Shown one piece after another: positions 24,868 through 39,300 of a stretch of DNA of 64,000 bases. Under the pieces are notes generated by a model. That model was given only the letters and a program-made list of their open reading frames with translations. It had not been told where the DNA came from and searched no databases. Within the stretch, counting starts at the first letter, position 1. Each line of letters starts with the position of its first letter. The DNA comes from Eledone cirrhosa (lineage: Eukaryota). Position numbers and translations under genes: made by a program. The DNA is taken from contig OZ024747.1 of the NCBI GenBank assembly GCA_964016885.1, positions 22,754,001-22,818,000 on the forward strand, read 5' to 3'.

Positions 24868-25680
24868 ATCATCATCATCATCATCATCACCGTTTTACGT
24901 CCGTTCTTCCACGCTAGCATGGGTTAGACGGGTTGTCCTGTTGTGGGCAGTGTCTGGTCGGCTGACCATGCCTTGCTCATACAGGAACTGATCTGGCTTG
25001 ATTTCTACAGCTGGATGCCCTTCCTAACACCAACCTCATTTACAGTGAGTGCTGGGTGCTTTTTCGTGGCGCCTACACGTCCACTTTACAGTGTGGGCTG
25101 GGTGCTTTTTTGCCGTGGCACCTCCACGACCACCTTGCGGTGGGGGGGGCATATTGTTTATATGCTTCAGCATGTACCCATGGGAGGTCGGGTACCCTGT
25201 ATTACTGCGTGACGCCAGAAGTCACGGTCGTGTGTCATTGACTTTGAGAGGTGTAGTTGGGTAAGGTCGGCTTTTATCACCTCATCCCAAGTCATCTTGG
25301 GTCTCCCCACTCCGCGGTTTCCATCAACTTCTAGTGCTCTGCACCTTTTTATGCAGCTGTCATCCTTCATACGCATCACATGTCCATACCAGCGTAACCG
25401 CCTCTCCTGCACGCAGCATTTGATTCCTCTTATGCTCAGTCTCTCTCTCAATTCATTTATGCTTTGTCGTTCACGTATATTACTGTTACACATCCATCGG
25501 AGCATGCAGGCTTCGTTTCTCTCTAATCTACGTAAGTCTTCCACCTTCAGCGCCCAGGTCTCACTACCATGCAACATCGCTGTTCGGATACACGCATCAT
25601 ACAGTCTGCCTTTCATTCTGAGGGAGAAGCCTTTTGCAGCTAGCAGTGGTAGTAGTTCCCTAAACTTCTTCCATCCCGTT
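24868..25680 (-). mobile_element. 5'-truncated RTE LINE (third subfamily)
   Basis: ORF 25167-25616 with RLRWYGHVMR..GRPKMTW; its 3' UTR also appears inverted at ~37245-37612. Confidence 0.88.
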
Positions 25681-25888
25681 ACCGTTCTAACAAAAATATA
25701 TTGCCTTTGTGTTTTATTATCAAAATAATCAACAATTGTGAAAGGTTTAAAATCCTGCTGACATCATCTTTGTCTTTCGTCCTTCTGGGGTTAATAAAAT
25801 AAAGTACCAGTCAAGTATTGGGGTTGATTTAATCAACTTTGCCTTTCCTGAAAATGTTCTGGCCTTGTGCCTAAATTAGAAAGCACTA

Positions 25889-26831
25889 TCTATATATATA
25901 AAACTGAGGATGTCTGTCTGTGTGTGTGTGTGTGTGTGAGTTTGAATCCCTAAAACTCGAGAAGCACCCAACCGACTGTTTTCAAACTTTACACATGTAA
26001 TACTTGTTTCGAGGAGTGTTCTGAGCAAAAGAAATTTCAAATTTTCAATGCCCTAGGGATTAGGTGATTTAGCGATCTCTCTCTATAATTCTTAGTCTTT
26101 CTCTTTTTAGATAGATACATACATATAACGTCGTGCCCTTATAATATTTGTCTGTATGTCTGGCTGTCTGCATTACATCACTTCCCTGAGGATGTCTGTC
26201 TGTGTGTGTGTGTGTCTGTGAGTTTGAATCCCTAAAACTCGAGAAGTACCCAACCGATCTTTTTCAAACTTTACATGTGTATTACTTATGTTTCAGGGAG
26301 TGTTATGCACATAAAATTCAACTTTTGATAAAATTCAACTTTTTGATCTCCTAGGGCCCGCATTAGGTAAAAAACTGCGTTTTTTAAGCTTTTTAGGGGT
26401 TTTTGAGTCGTTACATCAGACCGATTTCCTTGAAATTGTAACTATGTATTAGTCAGTCTCTTCTTCATACCGTGAGCAAAGAAAATCCAACTTTTTTATG
26501 GCCTAGGGCCCGCATTAGGTGAAAAACTTCATTTTTTCAGCTTTTTAGGGCTTTTTGGAGGCGTTACATCTAGCCGATTTTCCTGAAATTTCAAGGCATA
26601 TTATGTACATTAAAAAAATGTATTTTTTTGATACCCTAGGGCCCGCATTAGGTGAAAACCTGCATTTTTCCTGCTTCATCGAGGAAAATCTTAAAGATTA
26701 TCCAGCCATCAGAGTATTCGGTTTATTTTCTTTACATATTGTCCAGGCATGCAGTTTTTCCAGGATTAGGTCTGTTGGCGGCCCGTGTTCTAAAATACAT
26801 TATCTCGTGCAACACCGGGTACCACTGCTAG
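25889..26831 (+). mobile_element. Non-autonomous Helitron
   Basis: A|TCTATATATATAAAA 5' end; subterminal GC hairpin ctcgtgcaacaccggg; CTAG|T 3' end; internal duplications. Confidence 0.8.
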
Positions 26832-29527
26832 TACTATATAAACAGGAGTCAGTGTGTGATTTGAAATAGAACTCCAGACTAAATGTTTTACAGTATTTAA
26901 ATTCCACCCTCTATCTTCTGAGTTGAAATCCTACTTAGGTTGATAATACTTTACATTTGTCCTAAGTTGATAACATAAGTATCTGTAATGAACTGTCTAG
27001 TATTAATACTTCATCATCATCACTGTTTAACATCTGTATACCATGTTTGTATGGGTTAGACAGGTCAAATGACTATGTCATGCTCATACATTCCATTTTT
27101 GGCTTGGTTTCTATGGCTTGATGACCTTAATGCCAACCATTTTACAGCTTGTACTGGGTACATTTTATTGAGACATGAGCACTATCACTTTACAGAGTGG
27201 ACTGTATTTTATCATGAAACCGGCACTATCACATTTCAGCACGAGCTGGGTGCATTTTATTGTAGCACCAGCAAAAAACAAAACAACAACAACAACAACA
27301 AAACAACAACAACAAAACAACAACAACAAAAAAGAACCTCAACATTGTAAATAATAAAAGAAATCAATACACCAAGTAAATAAAATGAATATTGTTATTC
27401 TCTGCTCCATTTTCATCTAAAATTACAGTTAAAACAAACATTATCAATATTTAGCATCAGAAAACTAAGTTGGACAGATATAGCCAAGTTTTCGAGACTG
27501 ACTTCATATCTCTTTAAAACACTACCAGTAAGTGCACTTAAAACTGAAGCTGTAAACTTAGATGTTATTAAAGTAGCATTAACATGAAAAATACTTTCTA
27601 AAAATTCTTCTCTTACAATATCCTCCCTAGTATTTTTATGAAAACATTGAATTATTTTCTTCCTCTCATTTATTATTATTTTTTTTTTTTAGTCAATTGT
27701 GTTGCACTTGCCTTTGTGCATCTCAGATTCGGTTGGTTATATCAGTTTTCTTGTCTGTATCATATCTTATTTTTCTTTCTGAAACCACTGCCCAGTGCAA
27801 TACATTGGCTGCCAAGTCTGATGGAAACGCCCTGTGTTCAGTTTACATATATTAGAAGATAACATTTCTCTTTGTTTGAAATTAATTTATTGTTTTTTGT
27901 TTTTTCGACTTTTCATTCAAAATGCCTATCAATTGTTGTTCTGATTAAAATTATATATGTGTGTGTGTGAGTGTGTGTGTGTGTGAGTGTGTGTGTGTGT
28001 GAGTGTGTGTGTGTGTGTGTGTGGATATTTGTGTGTATATGCGTATGTATGTATGTATATATAAGTGTGTGTTTATATATATATTATATAAACACACACA
28101 CACACTTATATATACACACATATATATATACATACATACACTCATATGCACACATATATCCACACACATACACATATATCCACACACACACATATATATA
28201 TATCATCATTTCATTTTACGTCCACTTTTCCCTGCTTGCAAGGGTGGGACGTATATATATATACACACACGCACACATATATATATATACATGTGTGTGT
28301 GTGTTCAGACTAATTGTCATCTCTATGTAGTGTTATCTAAGGTTAAATGGGGTTGTGGAGATAGTGGAGAGTAGAAAGGAGCTGTGGGTGGATCTAGAGA
28401 TTAGAGTGGGTTTGTTTTGGTAGATTTATCTATAAGGCAGTGGCAGATGTTTTTTTAAGGGTTGTGGTCTAATATTTTAATGAAGGAGTTGAATGTATAA
28501 TCACAAATAGATATGTGAAAAGAACCTCACACAGGGGTATATGTGAAAGTTGCTGAATAAAATAGCAATTGTTCAGAACTAAAATAGTTCTTGATTCTAA
28601 AATAAAAACCCAGTTTCCATGTTGCAGTTTCAGATATATTAGGGATATGATATTTCTTTGTCAAGTCATTAGTCACACATATGGCCTATTAACATATCAT
28701 TATCAACAGCTAAGTCCTGGAATTTTGTGGGTTTGGGTTTTTTAGAAACAGTAGTACTGGGGATGATATGTCAGTTGTTTAAGTTTTGGTTTTAACCTTT
28801 TCATTACCATATTTCTAATGACATACCCTGTATTTCAATTAATTAGTGAAGAATTTTGAAGAATTTACTAAAATTATTATTTACCATATATACTCGAATA
28901 TAAGTTGATCTGAATATAAGCCTCTTCCCTTATTTTATGTCTCAGAAATAGATAAAAATCCAAACCCCATTTATAAGCTGACATTATCAACACATGTTTA
29001 GATAGTGTTTTTTTGAAATTTTCATGAGTATAGAATATATTTATGAAGTTTTAATATTTTGATGTTTAAAATGTTTGAAGTGTTGTTTAGAGTACAGTTT
29101 ATTTCACAACTTCATTATGTAATGCTTTTTTACCATTTCATCTATTGGTTTTACTAAATGTTATTAGATTCTCAGAACCTTTTCCTTTCTCTCTGAAAAA
29201 CTGACTTGAATAAATATTGAACATTACCAAGTAAATATTGCTGAAGATAAAAGATTAACCATCCATGTATTGCAATTAATTTTCAAAATAATCAAGAATT
29301 TGGAGAGATTTATTAAAATAGATAATTTTCTCATTATTAAATTAGTATTTAGAACATAACATGAGAAAAGTTCTTACATGAAATTATAACCAAAGATTTT
29401 TAGATAAATATAAACACTTTAAAATAGACAGTTTTGTATCATAGAATCAGGGACAGTTTCAGGTGGTTTGGTATGAATAATAAAACTAGAACCAATGAAA
29501 TGAAATAGGTGCTTATTTTTTGTTTAG

Positions 29528-29645
29528 GCGCTTGCTTGCAGAGACAGCTTTGGAAGCCAAGAATACAAGTATAGCTGAACAAGCTTTTGTACATTGTCAA
29601 GATTACTATGGTATTCAATTTGTGAAAAAGCTCAATAACCAACAG
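29528..29645 (+). CDS. WDR35: WDR35 exon (RLLAETAL...DYYGIQFVKKLNNQQ)
   Basis: tttag| ... |gttggt. Confidence 0.92.
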
Positions 29646-29683
29646 GTTGGTATATTTATGTTTATAATATATTTCTGCTGTTG

Positions 29684-29790
29684 TTCAATTATGCTGGAGC
29701 CAAGGCTGGATTAAATCTTTTTCAATTATGCTGGAACCAGGGCTAAATTAAGTCTTTTTCAATTATACTAGAACCAGGGCTGGATTAAGT
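29684..29790. repeat. 37-bp tandem repeat, ~3 copies
   Basis: ttcaattatgctggaaccagggct..attaa..ctttt units at 29684, 29721 and 29758. Confidence 0.8.
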
Positions 29791-30589
29791 TTCTTTTTGA
29801 GGCTTTAAGCAATTAAAAGATTATGGTGCCCTACCATATATATATATTGTCTGCCAGAAACATTTTTTTTTATTGAAAAATACATTTAATTCAAATAAAA
29901 TTGTGCCCCCTCTTCTCTAGATGCCCCAAGCATATGTTTATTTTGCTTAATGGTTAATGCAATGTTAATGAAGTATTGATGAACTGGGAAAACAAAACTG
30001 GATATAAGAGGAATCAGCTGTAGTGTGCAAGAGTGAAGACTGTACTGGCATGGACATATGATGTGTATAAAAGATGACAGTTGGGTGAAGAAGTGCCAAG
30101 CAATCCAAATGAAAGAAGGTTGCAGAAGAGGAAAACTAAGTAAGCCATAGGATGTAGTGATGAAGGCTGATCTCAGAATGCTGCACATCATGAAGTAGAT
30201 GACAAAGGACTGCAACAAGAAATAAGATACTGTTCTAAAAATGACCATTCGAAGCCATTCTAGACTTAAAATGATGGAGGTAATGTTGATATATGAGATA
30301 TCAACTATCAACTGAAAAGCCTTTGTGCTAAGTCCAAAGAAATTAACATTATCTTAAATTTGTTAACTCTTTTGTTGCAACATTTCTAATGAAATACACT
30401 GAATTTCATTAGAAATTAATGAAGAATTTGGAAGGATTTACTAAAATTATTAATCATTTTTCATTATTAAGGTGGTATATTGAAATATAATTTAATGGTT
30501 CTTATAGAAAATTTGATTTTGTTTAAAATAAATCTCAGAAAGTTGTTTTATTAAAAAATGATGGAAATTGATTTGTCTGTCTGTTACAG

Positions 30590-30675
30590 GTTGATGCTAT
30601 CAAGCAAGCCGAGATACTGTGCTATTTTCATAAATTTGATGAAGCTGAAAAACTTTATGTCAGTATAGACAGATG
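30590..30675 (+). CDS. WDR35: WDR35 exon (VDAIKQAEI...FDEAEKLYVSIDRW)
   Basis: ttacag| ... |gttagt. Confidence 0.9.
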
Positions 30676-31009
30676 GTTAGTTTTTCAATAATATTAGTTT
30701 ACATTCTTTTTTGGTATTGTGTATGTGTATTGTGGGATGAGGGTAGCTGGAGGATTGTCACGTATCTATTCTTCTCTTACCCTTACAATATTTCAATATG
30801 TATCTGACAAAGACACCCATATTCCGTTGGAAGTTTAATTTGTAACACACTGGGATATTTGTAATGCTGAGGTTGTTGTAACACTGAGGTTGTAACATGA
30901 GCATTGTTGTAACACTGCAGTTGTCACACTGGGATTGATGTATCACTGAGGTTGTAACACTGAGGTTCTAATATGAGCATTGTTGTAGCACTGGTTGTTG
31001 TATCACATG

Positions 31010-31868
31010 GTTGTTGTAACACTAGAGTTGTAACTCTGAGGTTGTAACACTAGATTTATTATAACACTAGAGTTGTTGTAACTCTGAGGTTGTAACACTA
31101 GAGTTATTGTAACACTAGAGTTGTTGTAACTCTGAGGTTGTAACCCTAGAGTTATTGTAACACTAGAGTTGTTGTAACTCTGAGGTTGTAACACTAGAGT
31201 TATTGTAACACTAGAGTTGTTGTAACTCTGAGGTTGTAACCCTAGAGTTATTGTAACACTAGACTTGTTGTAACTCTGAGGTTGTAACCCTAGAGTTATT
31301 GTAACACTAGAGTTGTTGTAACTGAGGTTGTAACCCTAGAGTTATTGTAACACTAGAATTGTTGTAACTCTGAGGTTGTAACCCTAGAGTTATTGTAACA
31401 CTAGACTTGTTGTAACTCTGAGGTTGTAACCCTAGAGTTATTGTAACACTAGAGTTGTAACTCTGAGGTTGTAACCCTAGAGTTATAACACTAGAGTTGT
31501 AACTCTGAGGTTGTAACACTAGATTTATTATAACACTAGAGTTGTAACTCTGAGGTTGTAACACTAGAGTTGTAACTCTGAGGTTGTAACCCTAGAGTTA
31601 TTGTAACACTAGAGTTGTAACTCTGAGGTTGTAACCCTAGAGTTATTATAACACTAGAGTTGTAACTCTGAGGTTGTAACCCTAGAGTTATTGTAACACT
31701 AGAGTTGTTGTAACTCTGAGGTTGTAACACTAGATTTATTATAACACTAGAGTTGTTGTAACTCTGAGGTTGTAACCCTAGAGTTATTGTAACACTAGAG
31801 TTGTTGTAACTCTGAGGTTGTAACCCTAGAGTTATTGTAACACTAGAGTTGTTGTAACTCTGAGGTTG
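31010..31868. repeat. ~45-48-bp minisatellite
   Basis: Repeated cactagagttgttgtaactctgaggttgtaaccctagagttattgtaa. Confidence 0.92.
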
Positions 31869-32623
31869 AAGTGTATTGAGAATGGAGTGCTACTTGGAAT
31901 GCAGATAGCTGATAAGTGCTTTTTCACGTTTTAATGCACCAAAGATATAAAACTGATGCAGAGCATGACTAAATGAAGGAATAAATAAATTTGTGTAGAA
32001 AAGAGCTGGAAGGCTGATACTTTCACTATCTACCTAATGGTTTTTTAATGAGAGAAGCAATAACTTTGCTTCCTTTCAGTGTCGTATAATCTGGAAAGTA
32101 ATATTCCCAACAGACAGTCCTGTTAGAAGATGATAATGGAATCGATGTGTTTTGCAAAGATCACATAGCTATTTGTACTTTACTCTGTGTGTGTATGTGT
32201 CTGTGTGTGCGTGTGTGTATGTAAAGGTGTATGTATGTGCTATTGCACTTGTGTATATGTGCATAAATGTGTGTTTGTATGTAAAAGTGTGTGTGCGCAT
32301 GTGTCTGTGTGTGAATGTGCGTGTGACTGTGAGTGTGTGTGTGTGTGAGTCTGTGTGTGTGTGCACATGTGTGAGTCTGTATGTGTGCGCGTGCGTTTAT
32401 GTGTGTGTGTGTGAGTGAGCATGTGTGTGTGTGTGAGTGAGCATGTGTGTGTGTGTGTGTGAGTGAGCATGTGTGTGTGTGTGTGTGAGTGAGCATGTGT
32501 GTGTGTGTGTGTGTGTGAGTGAGTGAGCATGTGTGTGTGTGTCTGTGCTCCAAACTAGATATCTTTTCAAAGTAGTCAACACCAGATGTAAATGTTGGTC
32601 TGTTGTCTTCTGTGTTATTTCAG

Positions 32624-32767
32624 GGACCTGGCTGTAGCGATGCGGAAGAAAATGGGCGACTGGTTTCGTGTTCTGCATTTATTGACGTCTAACAGCAGTG
32701 GAGACGACAACCAGTTAGAGGAGGCCTGGAATGCTATTGGGGATTACTTCGCAGACAGACAGCAGTG
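32624..32767 (+). CDS. WDR35: WDR35 exon ([16 protein letters not shown]...[15 protein letters not shown])
   Basis: tttcag| ... |gtaact. Confidence 0.93.
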
Positions 32768-32769
32768 GT

Positions 32770-34670
32770 AACTACTACTACTATCAACAACAACACCACC
32801 ACCACCACCACTACTACTAACACCACCGCCATCACCTCCACCACCGCCAAAACCATCACCACCACCACCACCACCACTACTACTAACACCACCACCATCA
32901 CCTCCACCACCGCCAAAACCACCACCACCGCCAAAACCACCACCACCACCACCACCACTACTACTAACACCACCCCCATCACCTCCACCACCGCCAAAAC
33001 CACCACCACCACCAAAACCATCACCACCACCACCACTACTACTAACACCACCACCATCAGCTCCACCACCGCCAAAACCATCACCACCACCACCACTACT
33101 ACTACTAACACCACCACCATCACCTCCACCACCGCCAAAACCATCACCACCACCACCACCACCACTACTACTAACACCACCACCATCACCTCCACCAAAA
33201 CCAACACCACCACCACCACCACTACTACTAACACCACCACCATCACCTCCACCTCCACCAAAACCATCACCACCACCACTACTACTAACACCACCACCAT
33301 CACCTCCACCAAAACCAGCCCCACCACCACCACTACTACTAACACCACCGCCATCACCTCCACCAAAACCAACACCACCACCACCACCACTACTACTACT
33401 AACACCACCGCCATCACCTCCACCACCGCCAAAACCATCACCACCACCACCACTACTACTAACACCACCACCATCACCTCCACCACCGCCAAAACCACCA
33501 CCACCACCACCACTACTACTACTAACACCACCACCATCACCTCCACCACCGCCAAAACCATCACCACCCCCACCACCACTACTACTAACACCACCACCAT
33601 CACCTCCACCAAAACCAACACCACCACCACCACCACTACTACTAACACCACCGCCATCACCTCCACCACCGCCAAAACCATCACCACCACCACCACTACT
33701 ACTAACACCCCCACCATCACCTCCACCACCGCCCAAACCATCACCACCACCACCACCACTACTACTACTAACACCACCACCATCACCTCCACCACCGCCA
33801 AAACCATCACCACCACCACCACCACCACTACTACTAACACCACCGCCATCACCTCCACCACCGCCAAAACCATCACCACCACCACTACTACTAACACCAC
33901 CGCCATCACCACCGCCCAAACCATCACCACCACCACCACCACCACTACTACTAACACCACCACCATCACCTCCACCACCGCCAAAACCATCACCACCACC
34001 ACCACCACCACTACTACTAACACCACCACCATCACCTCCACCACCGCCAAAACCACCACCACCACCACCACTACTACTAACACCACCACCATCACCTCCA
34101 CCACCGCCAAAACCATCACCACCACCACCACCACCACTACTACTAACACCACCACCATCACCTCCACCACCGCCAAAACCACCACCACCACCACCACTAC
34201 TACTAACACCACCACCATCACCTCCACCACCGCCAAAACCATCACCACCACCACCACCACCACTACTACTAACACCACCACCATCACCTCCACCACCGCC
34301 AAAACCACCACCACCACCACCACTACTACTAACACCACCACCATCACCTCCACCACCGCCAAAACCATCACCACCACCACCACCACCACTACTACTAACA
34401 CCACCGCCATCACCTCCACCACCGCCAAAACCATCACCACCACCACCACTACTACTAACACCACCACCATCACCTCCACCACCGCCAAAACCATTACCAC
34501 CACCACCACTACTACTAACACCACCGCCATCACCTCCACCACCGCCAAAACCATCACCACCACCACCACCACTACTACTAACACCACCACCACCACCACT
34601 ACTATTACTAACACCACCACCACCACCACTACTATTACTACTACTGCTACTAATAATAATAATAATAATT
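32770..34670. repeat. CAC-based higher-order minisatellite (~55-66-bp units)
   Basis: (cac)n tactactaacaccaccaccatcacctccaccaccgccaaaaccat repeated about 30 times. Confidence 0.93.
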
Positions 34671-35908
34671 GTTTCTACTTTAAGCACAAGGCCAGCAATT
34701 TTGGGGGAGGGAAAAGTCGATTAAATCGACCCCAGTGTGTTACTGGTACTTTATTTTATCGATCCTATAAGGATGAAAGGCAAAGCTAACCTCAGCGGAA
34801 TTTGAACTCAGAATGTAAAGGGTTGCAACTCATCAGATGTTCCACAGTATGACGCACTTGGCTATACACGCACACACATACACACATGTATTCACACACA
34901 TGCATGCACACTCTCATGCACACAGACTTGTGCATACACACAAACATGCACACACACGTGCTCATATAGGCACACACACTATGGATAAGTTAGCAGCTTG
35001 TTAATGTGTTGGTGACAAGGTAAAAAACGCCCAGTCAACCCTGTAAAGTGGTCATGATGGTGACACAACAAAATGCACCCAGTACATGCTGTAAATGTGG
35101 TTGGCATTAAGAAGGGCATCCAGCCATAGAAACCAAGCCAGAAACAGTTCTGTATGAACAAGGAACTGTCATATGATCTAACTTGTCTCACAATAGAACA
35201 ACTCGTCTAACCCATGCTAATGTGGAACAAGTGGCGTTGAATGGTGTTAATTATGATGACGATGATACATTCTGAATATGTTTTTCAGTGTGTATTACCT
35301 TTTTCTGATGGTATAATAATAACAATAATGAAATATTGTGTACAGTGCCCAGGTGCACCACAACTCATCAAAAAAGTGCATGTACAGTACATAGGGCAAT
35401 GCACAAACATCAGTAAAATGAACAGTGCACGAGTCATGATACACACATGTGTGCATGTGTATGGAAGGGGTACATCAGGTGTAGTTTTGGCGTATTTCGA
35501 TGATATGATTTGAAGGAGATTTGTTTGATACTTTTAGCAATTCAAACGACCATGTAGAGGTTCCGCACAGTTTGTGATTTTAGTTCTATTTTCCTTAAGA
35601 GAAACACTAGGTCAAATGATAATAAATAGTTTGTGTTCAAATGTGAACTTATTTTCACTTAACTCTTTTCACAGCAGTGCCAAAACTGACATTTTCCAGT
35701 TTTTCGTTATGACACCCTTATTACAAGACTGACATCTAATAACATGCTCTATGACCAGAAATACAATTTAAAAACACACACACACACACACAAAAACAAA
35801 CAAATGTTAGAATAAGTACATTTCTTGGAGCCTACTTATCCCATGGCTTATTTGATGTAAGTAAACAAACTAAACCTGCTCTGGTATTTTGTCTATTTAA
35901 TGATTTAA

Positions 35909-36381
35909 CCCTTTTGATATCAAACTGCCTGAATCCACCAATAGTTTTATGATACAGAACTGTTTGTTTTAAGTTGTTTATATTTACCTAAGAACCTTCC
36001 ATCAACATTTTATGTAAGAACCTTTGTTGTGTTATGTTCCAAACACCAGTTTAATAATGGTTTCTTATATAGGCACAAGGCCAGCAATTTTATGGGAGGG
36101 GAAAGTCGATTAAATCGACTCCAGTGCGTGACTGGTACTTTATTTTATCGACCCCGTAAGGATGAAAGGCAAAGTTAACCTCGGTAGGATTTGAACTCAG
36201 ATCATAAAGGGTTGTAACTCTATGCTGCAAAGCATAGCATCTGACCCTCTACTGATACTGCTAATCCACCACCCTACACCAGCTTAATAATGAAATAGTT
36301 ATATGACTGAATCTCCTCCAAATTCTTGATTATTTATAAAATGTAGGCAGTTATTTCATTAGAAATATGGTAACAAAAGGG
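35909..36381. mobile_element. TTAA MITE family 2 with nested SINE A (36060-36275)
   Basis: TTAA|CCCTTTTG ... CAAAAGGG|TTAA; SINE flanked by a 17-bp duplication acaccag(t/c)ttaataatg. Confidence 0.7.
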
Positions 36382-39300
36382 TTAATTAAAATATTTAGTC
36401 AATGAAACTATCATATTTATTAGTTTTGTATATTTGTATACATCAAATATCTTTAACCCTTTAACATTTAAACCAGCCAGGATTCTCTCACCTCTTTCTG
36501 TTCAAACCAGCCACTCATACTGATGTTAAGGTATTATTCTCAAAATAAATAATATCAAAATCTCATAGATTCGATATTATGTGGGATGATTATATGAAAT
36601 AAAGCCTTTACCATGAAACTACAATAGTAAATATAGAGTAATGTAAATGCTAAAGGGTTAAGGAGAAAAAATAATTTTGATTTATTTATGATTATTTTTT
36701 ATTGTGTTATTTTTTTAAAGTATCTTTTGATTGACAGCCTATTTTTATGAGCAGTTCTTCTTAATGAGTGTAGCATAGGAGAAGGATTGGCAAATGAGAG
36801 ATCACATCTGACGGGGACCACGACATGAATATTCCTTCAGTGGTCCACTATGAGCAGTTGATAAAGATATTGAAAGTTCAAATAAGATTCGATCTTTAGT
36901 TCTATATTAACTCATCTAATGTTATGGAACTCTTGTTATGTACACAAACATTCTAGACAACATTAGAAATAAAATATCATCTAACTGATTAGTAAATCTC
37001 CACTTATTATCACAAAAGAACAACTGACATACTAATTAACTGTATTCTCGTCAGCTTCTTTAATCTCTTAATCTCCAATGTCCTGTACCATGTGAAACCA
37101 CATTAGCAAGATATTCTTGAAAAGTACAAAACAACACTGACTTCATCACATTAAAAATTAAAGACATTACTTTAGTTTACTGCAAATTGTCACACTAATC
37201 TGTCCACCTGTAAAGATACTATACACATTTGAATTAACAAACTTACATGACCGTGACCTCTGGCGCCACGCAGTAATACAGAAGACCCGACTTCCTACAG
37301 GTACAAGCCGAAGCTGAAGCATATAGACAATATGCCTCTACCCACTCCCACTGCAAAGTGGTTGTGGAGGTGCCACGGCAAAAAAGCACCCAGCCCACAC
37401 TGTAAAGTGGTCGTGTAGGCACCATGGAAAAAAAGCACCCAGTACTCACTGTAAATGAGGTTGGTGTTAGGAAGGACATTCAGCTGTAGAAATCAAGCCA
37501 GAATCAGTTCCTGTATGAGCAAGACAAGGTCAGCTAACCGGACACTACCCACAACAGGACAACCCGTCTAACCCATGCTAGCGTGGAAGAATGGACGTAA
37601 AACGGTGATGATAATTGTTAGATATTTTCTGTTAAACAGGATGTTAAGAGTTAGCTAGCAAGTAGATTCACCTGCCACTTGAATTCCATAAACACTGTGT
37701 AATTTTTATCTTTAGAACTACAACCATCCTGAACTTCCTCTCTGCCCACAGTTTCCTTAAAGTCATCGACTTACAGAAATTCTTTAATCCCATTGAATTC
37801 ATCTGTCTGTAAAAATTATGGCTATTGCCAGAGTAAAACAGGAAAATGAGTTATTAACTTATAAAAATATAGATAAATTTATTGTTAAACAGAAGTGTAC
37901 AATGATGGAAGTATTAAAAATAAGTAATAAATATAAAGTAATAAATATAAAGTATGAAAATAGAGAAAAGGGGAGTGGAGAAAAAAAATTAAATAGGGAA
38001 AAAAAGGGAAGAAGGAAGAGGGGGAAAAATCTACAGCCATGGCTGGGTGGTATATTTCAGTTGCTCTCTGTGGACAAGATAGTGAAAGTGTAACCATATT
38101 GGTTTATTAGGTTTTCTCAACAATTATCAATATATTCTTATGAAGCTTTTCGTTAATTAAGAGTGTGTTGTAGTTTGCTTGAAACATTGTGTAAAGTGTA
38201 GAAAATAGTGTGTTTTATTAGCAGCCAATAGGATATTTAATGTTAAAAATGTTGATAACATTCCAACAACTTTGTTATAATTATTTTTAACAATTAATGT
38301 CCCCTTTGCATTGCTATAACCTTATAATAAAACACACTATACTCTTCATTAATTGTATGACCAAATACAGACTTTAATAGTTGAGAGGTTATTTAACACA
38401 CTGCCATTTTATTTTAAAAGGAACTGAGTTATAAGAATTAGACTTCTTCAATTAGGAGTTAAGATTCCTTTGTAATCATGTAGTCTGGATTTTGATGCCA
38501 TTGCAGGGCACTTCTACCATAACTTTGGATTGAGCCAACCCTTGTGTGTGAAATTGGGTTGGTAGAAAGTATGAAAACTCATCAGATGAATTGTGCCTAA
38601 CGAGTTATAATTCCTTTTCTCATGTTCCTACCAGTCTCAGAGGTCCTGCAAAGGTCATGGTGGAGCCTTTCATCTTTTGACGAAACCAGAGAAGAAATTG
38701 TACTTCAGTTATTGTGTATGATTGTATTCTTGTCTGGGGGTAAGCTGCAAGAAATGAATTCCTTGCTGGAGTTCAGGGTAGTTAAGAAAGCACCAAAGGG
38801 TGCTATCATATGACCCATCTTTTAATAGCAGATATTTCTAAAAGCAACAGAAAACTAGTGTCACATCAAGTAACTAACAAATAAACAAAACAAAATAAAA
38901 CCAAACTAAAACATAGTTTATGAGAATATATAGATTAATGAAGCAATTTAATGCTTAAATGGAATACATAGATGGCTGAACACAGCATTTTATATGTCAA
39001 ATGAATAAGTCTGATTTGCTTTTTTTTGCTTTTTTTGTAATTAATAATATTTGAAATATAAAAAAAATTAAATTTTTTATTAAGAAATTTTGCAAACATC
39101 AAAAAGAAACATACAAAAAAACATTTTCTGCAGTTGAAATTTATTATCTATTTTACAATTTTCATTGCTCGAATTAGTGTTTTCAGTCTGCGAATGTTGT
39201 TTATGTCAGTGAAAACAAATTGCAATAAATTTTGTTTATGTTGTTTGCCTTTAAACTGTAAAGTTTTTCAAAGTGTGTTTATATATTTGAAGATGTCTTT

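Noticed and set aside
1-25680. Larger intronic LINE fragments are mostly antisense to WDR35
   Set aside because: A well-known orientation bias and a small sample; not novel.
31010-31868. CRISPR-like regular array (also 50118-50335)
   Set aside because: No unique spacers, eukaryotic intron and no cas genes: these are minisatellites.
32734-34789. Mucin-like, glycine-rich and valine-rich ORFs of 631-674 aa
   Set aside because: By-product of a trinucleotide-based repeat lacking stops; no ATG start or unique flanking domain; lies in a WDR35 intron.
36730-38810. Possible nested gene or ncRNA in the 8-kb intron (GGACCAC..GTGGTCC hairpin ~36815-36845; less repetitive segment 38620-38810)
   Set aside because: No convincing spliceable ORF, recognisable protein or ncRNA boxes; cannot be supported without a search.
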